NCBI GenBank assembly: GCA_964016885.1
Contig: OZ024743.1
Span: 153,512,001 to 153,576,000, forward strand
Direction of reading: 5' to 3'
DNA from: Eledone cirrhosa
Lineage: Eukaryota
DNA: 64,000 bases
The notes under the pieces were generated by a model. The model worked only from the letters and a program-made list of their open reading frames with translations. It did not search any database and was not told the origin of the DNA. The translations under genes were made by a program, and so were the position numbers. Position 1 is the first letter of the stretch. The number at the start of each line of letters is the position of its first letter. Positions 54,395-64,000 of this stretch are shown here, in pieces.

Positions 54395-55810
54395 TCTATA
54401 CTATAAAGCTGACGGCCGTATGTAGGTAACAAACTTTCCGCCAAACGGCTGGACCAAACAGCACCAAATTTGCACCATAGATGTAATTTCATCCAAGTAA
54501 AAAAATGACCATATTTGTGTTTACTGGATTTTGTTAAAAGATTAAAGACATTATTTAAATATTCACTTCTTTAAAATTTCAAATGTCAACACTTCCGGGT
54601 ATACGTCATTCCTGACTTTTTCTTATGACGTCGCACAACATTCCCCTCTTTTTCTTAGTCTGTCTTTTTAGATAGATACATAGCTATAACGTAATGCCCT
54701 TATAATATGTCTCTGTATGTCTGCCTGTCTGCATTAGATAACGTTTTTCGGAATATTTACTTCTGCGTTCACAGACGGATTTTTTAAGTTTCAGAAGATC
54801 CCGTTAAGGGTGAAAGCAGCGATTCTTTGCTTAAACTTTAATCAGTTATTTTAATATATATATTCGTGTACAGATATTTTTGCATACACAAAAAACAAAA
54901 ACCTATTTATTTCACGAAAGCACAGACGGCTTATCATCATTGTTACTGTTCGAGATTTGAGGACCACAGTCTTTCCAAGATCTGAGAACCACTAATGGCC
55001 ATCAATGTTCCACTTACCGTTTGGCTTGCCAGATGTGTGGTATGTTACACGATGACAGCCATTAGCACCTCACCCTGCATGAAGCAGCAACTGCTAAAGT
55101 CCCTTCTCACCCGCAAACACTTTTTGTTATTATGCCGCACAACTGCGATCTTGCTGACCCTCTCGCACTGTGGAACAACCAACACAAGCTGAAGACATCC
55201 TCCACCGTACATGCAGACACAATCCAAACGTAACATATGATGTCGTTTTCAATGAGGTGCTCATTTGTCTTGAAAACAGTGTCCTGGAGATTGGTGGTAG
55301 GCCTCTAAGTCACTACAGCTTACCTGCTCCTGACAGGAGTGTCCAGAGGTCAACATCTACAGAGCTTCTCCGCGAGACGAGCTACGAAATCAGTGATTCT
55401 CCCATGGTCAATTGTATGTAGGATGCTCTAGAGTGAGCTCCGCAAACAATCTCTTCATCTTTGCTCCGGAGGGCCGAACAAAAAATATTGTATACTCTGA
55501 GGCTCTAACAATATCATTTAAATATTTTCTGTTACTTGGAATTTCCATTATGGTCGTACAAATTATTGTTTGTTAAAACATTTGTTCTCTGTTCAGCCTT
55601 TATTGTTGTAACTATCAATTTTCTTTAATGTACTGGCTGCTGAACTGGGGAATCCCAAAAACTATTCAAACCCAACATCAGAGCACGTTAACCCCCCCCC
55701 CCCCCCCCCCGCCGCTGACTTGAGAGGGCGTGTGGTATCTTGGCACTGGAGTGTAGGGGGATTCCTGAAAAGATAAAATGCCGGTATACCTAGCCGGGCA
55801 GGCCAGCTAG
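54395..55810 (+). mobile_element. Internally deleted Helitron
   Basis: A|TC 5' end and CTAG|T 3' end with a subterminal GC-rich segment. RepHel remnants GPQSFQDLRT..G...TYRLAC..LHDD and FSHGQLYVGCSRV...TKNIVYSEAL (PIF1-type helicase C-terminus). Confidence 0.92.
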
Positions 55811-58800
55811 TAATATACAATGCTGACAACAGAAAACGTAACTAGAAATAATTATGTGGTGAGGAAAACAAACTACTAGTCAATAACTAATATTATTTTA
55901 ATTAATGTTGCCTTTCCTCCTTATGGGGTCGATAAAATAATGTACCAGTAATGCACTGGGTAGTTGCTGGTCTTGTGCCAAAAATAGAAACAATTATTTT
56001 AATTATTTCAGATCGTCAGAGACAATGCAACACATTTTTCAGTTTTATTATACCTCATCAGTGAAGCATGAAATACAGAGTAGTTTAGTTAGCTTTTTCA
56101 TGCTACATCTTTTAAATGTTACATTATATGTTAACATTAACTTATCCATGCAATAGATAGTGTACTTGTTTGCCACAAACTGATTTTAAATGTGTGATGG
56201 CAAATAAGTAATTTTTTGGTTAAAGTAAAAACATTTTAGTTATAGCTTCAGAACCTGACAATTCATGTTTTCCAAATTTCTTGTGTTTTCTTTCATTTCT
56301 CTTTATTTTATTTTATAACTATATTTGATTAGAAATTCCTTTCTAATGATTACATGCACAACGATGGACAGAGATGTTAAGAATTGGAAATTCTAATCTC
56401 CAGCAAACTCAACAGAACCAAAACTCAGTTGTATAAAGACAAAGAAAAGAATCAATAAATAAGAAAGTACAAAAAATAATTAAGTAAAAAATAAAGCTAG
56501 AAAGAATGTAAACACGTTGAAGTAACGAACATAGAATTTAAAATGTATAAAAATACATAGAAAATTATAAGATGGGGTAATATATTATGATGTTAGGAAG
56601 AAACAGAAAAAGACAATCAACCAACTACAAAACAACAATAGATTTTAAAAATACAAACAAGTAAATGAGAAAGGGAGATACATTTCTAAGATTTAAAACA
56701 AGCTGTTATTTTGTACAGTGTGTTCATAGTGTTTCTGAATTGATAGACCATTCTTGAATCACTGAGAACTTTAATTTCCTGCTAAGGATAGCACTTATGA
56801 CGGTCATCGTCTCTGAAGTAGTGGCTTATCATTATAAAATAAGAAATTACAATTTGTTTCAGAATGAGTTTGTGGACAAATGTGCACATACATAAAACCA
56901 TTTGTGTTTGTGTGTGCATGTGCATGTTTATGAGTGTATATGTGTGAGTTTGCATGTGTGTATATATTTATATATATGTTTGTATATATTTATATATATA
57001 TGTTTGTGTGCATGAATGTATATGCATATGTGTATATGTGGGTGTTTACATGTGTTTCCATATGTATGCATGTTTGAGTTTATGCGTATGTGGTGTAATC
57101 ATGTTTACACAATTTTGTTAGTTTAACAGTTGCTATACATAATCATGATGCTTCTCATCATTGTTGTCATCATCATTGTCATCATTGTCATCATTAGTAT
57201 TTTTATTGTTGTTGCTAGTGTTATTGCTTTCTGGTGCTTTTCCTTTTTAAAACATGTTTCCTCTGATTTTCTTTGTTTGTCTGATCACATCCAATATGAG
57301 ATGTCTGACTATGAATGATCAACAGGTTTTTATTCCTCTTGTATCAAATGGATGGCATACAGAGAAATTGGAGAAAGAGAAAAAAGAAGAAAAATAATGA
57401 TAGAAAAGCTTATTTTCCCCTACCTATCATATATTCAGTAAACCAGAATAGAAAATAGAAGGGAAAAAATAGTTAAACAGAGAAATCAACATTAATGCTC
57501 TTAAGATTATATTATTTTTAATGCACACACACACACACATTTGCATTTATATACACATATAAACATACACATATATACATCCATATATTAGCATACAAAT
57601 ACACACAATATCCTATTAGTCAGTGACAAACTATGAAGTAACATCACACACATGGTGACTTCAATATTCAAGACTATATTGACTGCATGCATTTACTTAC
57701 ATATATAGAACTCAGAAAAAGAATGCCTTGTATTCATTCTAAGATACGTTTCCTTTCCTTTATAGCAATGCCATTTCTTTTTAGCATTTATTATTTATTT
57801 ATTTATTTCCCAATATTTATTACTTTATCATTTCACCATTCTTTATATGCTGCATTCTATCATTTATACGTATTTGTTTATATACATCTATATAAATTGT
57901 TGTTGTTATTGTTGTTTTTGGGCGGAGGGGGTGCAAAAAGAAAATGTTGTTGATGATGATGAAGTGGATTATGAATGATGATGATCATGATATCATTTCC
58001 AACAACAACACCAACCTCTAAAAATGTATTTACTACAGTAACGCAGTTACAAATTCATTTTTCATATCCTAATTACAGGTGAACCATGGCAATGTTATGA
58101 ATGAGAAAAAAAGAACTCACATTTTCTTTTCTTTTTTTTCTCATTTCCATTTCTTTTCAAAACAAAATAAAAATGCTTCCTCGTTAATGGTAGAAATGTA
58201 AGTAATGTATGTAATATTATTTAATTCATCCATCTTATATCCCTTTGCTGTATTGATATTATAACTTGGGTGAAACATTCCTGGGAATTATGTATATTTT
58301 CTACAAAAGTAGACTACTAAAGACACCCATGGGAATGGTGTTAAACAGGGTGATATATAATGTTTACTACTCAAGAGTAGAAATAATGCCTTTGAGAAAC
58401 TTTCACTTATTTGCCACTCATTAAACTTCATTTGATCAACCAGAGACTTTGGTCAAAGTAAAAAATATTGGTATTGTATCTGAAACAACGTATTTATGAA
58501 TTGAACGTTTTAACCACACAGCAATATCTGCCCTATAAAAACCCTTAACTCTGAAGTAGGAGTAATTGTTGCTGATATTGTTGAGTTCTAGATTTAGTCA
58601 GTTTTCCTTGGGAAATAAAAAGAACCACATGTAACTAACTCAAAACAGTGTATGTCAAATCTTTTTCTGTTCATATGCAGCTAGGTAAACTTCATCGTAC
58701 AATGTAATATCGTAAGCCAATATAATATTTTCTGTTTGCTTTGCTTTTGGTTGAGATTGAATCAAAGTTTTCTTTCTTTATGGGTTTAGACTACAGTCAT

Positions 58801-59119
58801 GCGGGGGAACCAGTTTCAAGGGTTTTGATTTTTTACTTTGTTTCAAATACCTATTTCTGTCTGTTACATATTTTCTCTATTCCAATGCACCAATGCACTT
58901 GGTCTCTAAATAACAGTATACAAAAGGCGAAAGTATAAATTGTAACACTGGTTTTAACTGCTGCAAACATAAACATAAACAAAGATAAACCCATCACACA
59001 CATTAACCCCCTCTCCCCTCAAAAAAAGAATACATATATATATATTCTTGCATATGAAACAGCTGTAATTATCTCATGTATCTTAGGTTTTGTAACTAGT
59101 TCATAGTGATGGGATTAGG

Positions 59120-61800
59120 GTATGTGAGATCTATATTCTCAGGTAGGTGGAGATCTAGGCACTCACTCAGTAGATGTTGAGCAGTCTACTCTGGCAAACA
59201 ACAACAGCAAGCTGTCAGTGGATAAGCCCCCAGCAGTACATGGCTGGATTGATTCAGCTGGCACCTGTCCATAGCTGATTCAGAGACATCCATATCTTCT
59301 GAGAGATGTTACTAACTGAGTCGATAGCCTTATTGGGGTTGTCATTCAATTGGGCAGATTGAGATGCCTGTTGCCAGTTAAATCTTCATCTCTGAAGCAT
59401 ATTGAAATCTGAATCTCCCAGCTTTGCTGCATGATGAGAAAATAGTGGCGTGATATCAAGAATTGTTGGCCCATTTGTTCAGAATCCTCAGCTATGTCAG
59501 GGAGCAGATAACTTTGGTTTATTTAGGCCTTGGTTACCAACCTATGTATGGGATGCTCTCTATGAAGGGGTGCAGGAGCAATGCCTGAGAACACAGATAA
59601 ATACTGTTGGTGAGGAGAGAGACATCTGGTGATGAGCTATAAGGTGTTGTTAAGAGCTGTATCTAGCTCCTTGGAGTGAGAGATCCTGCGCCTAGCAAGG
59701 GGGGCTGGCTCCACAGCATTTTAGACAAAGAATAAGGCACTGGAACTTAGGGTGGATGCACTAGCATCCCATGATGAACCTGCTGAGCACTATAGAAGGT
59801 TGTTCTTCATGGATACCTTTGCATTTAAAGATTAGAAGTGCTGTCAGTAGGTCAGCTGTCAGTCAAATTTCACTCCAAGATAGATTAATATGTGTCATAT
59901 GGGAGGGGTATGACATTAAGATTAATGGTGAGCTGGCAATTGGGTGAGATAATTTTCATAGCCATAGTGTTGTGATGTTGTTTAGGGTATATTACTGATG
60001 TACAGGTTGAAGTATATGGAGAATAGTAGTGAGACTTCAGAGACTCAATTACAAAGGTGGTGCAGTCTGTTGCTCTGACCATCTCTGGTTTTCAAAACAA
60101 AGCTTCAGTTGGTTAGGATGTGGTAGATAATCCACAACATGTGACAGTCAAGAAATATTCTTTGTAACTTCAGTGTCAGGCCTTGGTGCCACACAGTTAC
60201 ATAGGCTGCAATGAGGTTAACCAGAATAGCACCAGCCTTGTAGCTCTTTTCAAAGCTGGCAGTTGTGTATCAACTATTGGTTTCAGTTTGTCTAGAAGTC
60301 ACTTCAGGAGTTCAAAGAGGACATACAGCAGGAAGATTGGTCTGTAGCTCTTTGGATAATCTATAGATTTGTTTGGATCTGGAAGGCTAATAACAGTAGC
60401 CTTCCACCAGATATTTGGTATGGTTTTGTGGATATAGTTGCAAGAGTAGATCATTCTGAGCCACCCTTGTCATATTAGCCCATATTTTGTCAAGAATTCT
60501 GGGGTATGTTGTTGGACCATTCTCTGCATTACCCCTCATGTATTGACCTATGGTGGAGACTAGCTCCTCTTGTAACAATGGAGCAGAAAGTAATTCATCC
60601 ACACATGGATTTGCCAGAAGTTGATGGTTGCTTGTTTCACAAAGTTGGTGTAGTTTTTGTTTGTTTTCTTGAAAAGCCTAGTAAAAAGTGTTGTTCAACA
60701 ATAGAGTTAGGATGTTGTAGATTGAGAACTGCTATTAGAGAGGCATTTGAATGTTTTTCAGGCAATTCTACTGGAATGGGTAAAATCTATCATTTGAAGC
60801 ATTTCCTTACAGTGCTTTTGATGTTTCCTCTTGAGGCAGTCTGTCAGGTGTGATGTCTTCTTGAATGTGTCATCATGTTCAGAGTGCAGGGACAAGTCAT
60901 AGAGGGTATTGCATTACTTGTTCCAGTTAGGGATGTAGTATTAATGAAATCCTCATGGAATGGAGCTCTTTGTTGCCTTGATGAGGAGCTTATTGAAATC
61001 TAAGTAGGCATTGTCAAGGTTAGATAGCTCTGGTGTAGGAAGACTTCACATTTCAGTATTTGCCAGTTTTGCAAACTCTTCCTAATTGGCCTCGTGGGAA
61101 TTCCATCATTTAAACTGGCTTGGTTGGAATTAGTTCGATAGGATTATCTGGAATGATCAGGGAAGGTCTGTGTTGTGATTTAGGAAATAGGTCCAGGATT
61201 AAGTAATGAATGGATAGGCCTTTCAGATTGGCAAAAGCAAAGTCAGGATTTGAGGTTCAATTTAATCTGTCTGAATGGAAGCTGTCTAGCTGCTTAGGGT
61301 TGAACAGCATTTGCAGTTCAGCTGTAAAAGATAAGTCCCCTAGTGCAGCACCATCTGGATTAGTAATCCTGTAGACTCATATGATGTTGTGCCTGTTAAA
61401 ATCACCAGTATAAATGCAGTGTGTGTCAAAGACAGAGCGAGAACCTGAAATCAAGATGAGGGTGGTGTTGTAGATATTCACAACAGTAACCACTTCAATT
61501 TAGATTGCTTCCCATTCCACAGTTGAGTCTGATGGGGGAAGAAACTAATGTTTTCCACTCAGCTGTACTTCTGATGTAGGTGTCAATCCTATGGATATCA
61601 CTCTAGAATGTGTAGCTAAGGTGAAGCCAAGGACCTTCAGTTGAGAACTATCAGTAGTATGCATCTCTTGAAGGAAAATAACTGTGACATTTTGTCTGTA
61701 GAATTTGTTCAATGATGTTCACCTTGGCTTTAGTGAGGCCTATAACATTCAGTTGCAGCACTGTTATGCCATCCCATAATATATTGGTTAATGCCTACCG
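59120..61800 (-). mobile_element. Decayed, nearly full-length APE-RT LINE (Ingi/Vingi-like)
   Basis: Reverse-strand remnants VLQLNVIGL, IFLQE, GDFN, SYRPI, AGAILVNLIAAYVTVWHQGL, QLWTG...WG...QTAQHLLSEC. Many stops. Confidence 0.72.
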
Positions 61801-62144
61801 GGAAGAGGTCAGGATCTGGCTGCAATTGCCAAGGATGTGTTACAAGATTTGAATAAAATGCGCAGATAATATACTTCTGATTTGCTGCTGCTGTGTCAGG
61901 TTGTTGCCATTTGCCTGATCGAGATCAGAGATCAGTAAAACTTTTCCAGACTCATCATAAGGAGGTCAACAAACGCCTCCACTTCCACCAACTGTGTACA
62001 ATTGCCTCATGTGTTTTGTTCATTCATTTTCAACAATACATATATATGTATATGTGTACATGTGACTATATATATCTATATTCATAGAAGTATGACATGC
62101 ACATGAAACCACCCCCACCCACAGACATACACACATACATATCA

Positions 62145-62474
62145 TAATTTCATTTTACATCCGCTTTTTCCCTACTTGCAAGGGTGGGACGGGAACTGAT
62201 TCTGGCTTGATTTCTACAGCTGGATGCCCTTCCTAACACCAACCTCATTTACAGTGAGTGCCGGGTGCTTTTTTGCCGTGGCACCTCCACGACCACTTTG
62301 CAGTGGAATGATAGCGACCCCAGTCCCTATCATCTCATTTCTACAGCTGAGTAAACTGGAGCAATGTGAAATAAAGTGTCTTGCTCAAGGAAACAACACA
62401 TCACCTGGTCTGAGAATTGAACTCACAACCTTTTGATTGCAAGGCCAATGCTCTAACCACTAAGCCATGTGCCT

Positions 62475-62476
<2 letters not shown>
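62145..62476 (-). mobile_element. tRNA-derived SINE with RTE-derived tail
   Basis: Close copy of 46460-46788. Its head is duplicated in inverted orientation at 63126-63185. Confidence 0.87.
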
Positions 62477-63127
<651 letters not shown>

Positions 63128-63207
63128 AGGCACATGGCTTAGTGGTTAGAGCATTGGCCTTGCAATCGAAAGGTTGTGAGTTCAAATATATATATATATA
63201 TATATAT

Positions 63208-63949
63208 AATCATCATCATCAACGTTTAAACGTTTAACGTCCGTGTCTTGCTCACATAGGACTGTCTGGCAGGTTTTCTACAGTTGGATGCCCTTCCTAA
63301 CACCAACCACATTTACAGTGTGGGTCTGGGAGGTTTTTACCGTGTTGCCTACACGGCCAGATTACAGCGTGGACTGTGTGTTTTTTTGTCGTGACACCTA
63401 CATGATCTCATTTGTTTCGGCCTGGATGGTGTGGCACCAACATAACTTTACATAGAAGGGGGCGGTGTGGATGGGGTGGGGGTGGTTGGATGGGGGTCTA
63501 TTTTGTTAGAGATGCCTACTGACTGTAGTAGGTTTTACTTTGTATTTAGGTAAGGCGGGTCTTCTCTATTACTGAGTACCACCAAAGGTCTCGGTCCAGT
63601 GACATTGTCTTGGTGAGGTGTAAGTGTGTGAGGTCGGAGTTTATCAGCTCGTCCCAGGTTTTTCTGGGTCTGTCTATTCCATGGCTACCGTCTATCTTGC
63701 CCTGCACTTTGTTATACAGCTATCGTCCTTCATGCGCATCACGTGACCATACCAACATAGCCGTCTCTCGAGTAGACAACATCTGATCCCTCTTATTTCT
63801 AATTTTTTCCTTAGTTCGTTTATGCTTTGTCGTTCACGTATATTACTATTACACATCCAGCGGAGCATGCAAGCTTCGTTTCTCTCTAGTCTGCGTATAT
63901 CTTCTGCACACAATGCCCAGGTCTCACTGCCATGCAACATTGCTGTTCG

Positions 63950-63950
<1 letters not shown>
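63208..63950 (-). mobile_element. 5'-truncated RTE LINE, same family as 3491-5433
   Basis: RTAMLHGSETWALCAEDIRRLERNEACMLRWM...RRLCWYGHV plus the 3'UTR; truncated into (TA)n. Confidence 0.9.
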
Positions 63951-63985
<35 letters not shown>

Positions 63986-64000
63986 TATATACATATATAT

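Overview
AT-rich, repeat-dominated animal DNA. The SINE families and the very long (TA)n tracts suggest an octopus-like cephalopod, but that is an inference. No host gene can be called with confidence, and most ORFs in the track are microsatellite artefacts. The window is a nest of retroelements: a gag-like ORF1 relic, two R4/Dong-type LINEs (one split by an RTE), RTE, CR1-like and Ingi/Vingi-like LINEs, tRNA-derived SINEs, a pogo/Tigger-type MITE, Helitron derivatives and many Penelope-like elements (PLEs), one with an uninterrupted 737-aa RT + GIY-YIG ORF. The most striking signal is about a dozen type I hammerhead-ribozyme (HHR) motifs from several families, most with palindromic helix III and many inside fold-back palindromes embedded in (TA)n. 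One HHR family is a non-coding ~522-nt unit present at three loci in different circular permutations with compensatory stem changes. It is a candidate retrozyme / circular-RNA retroelement that may be mobilised by PLEs and inserts into TA microsatellites. All alignments and folds were done by eye, and element boundaries are approximate.
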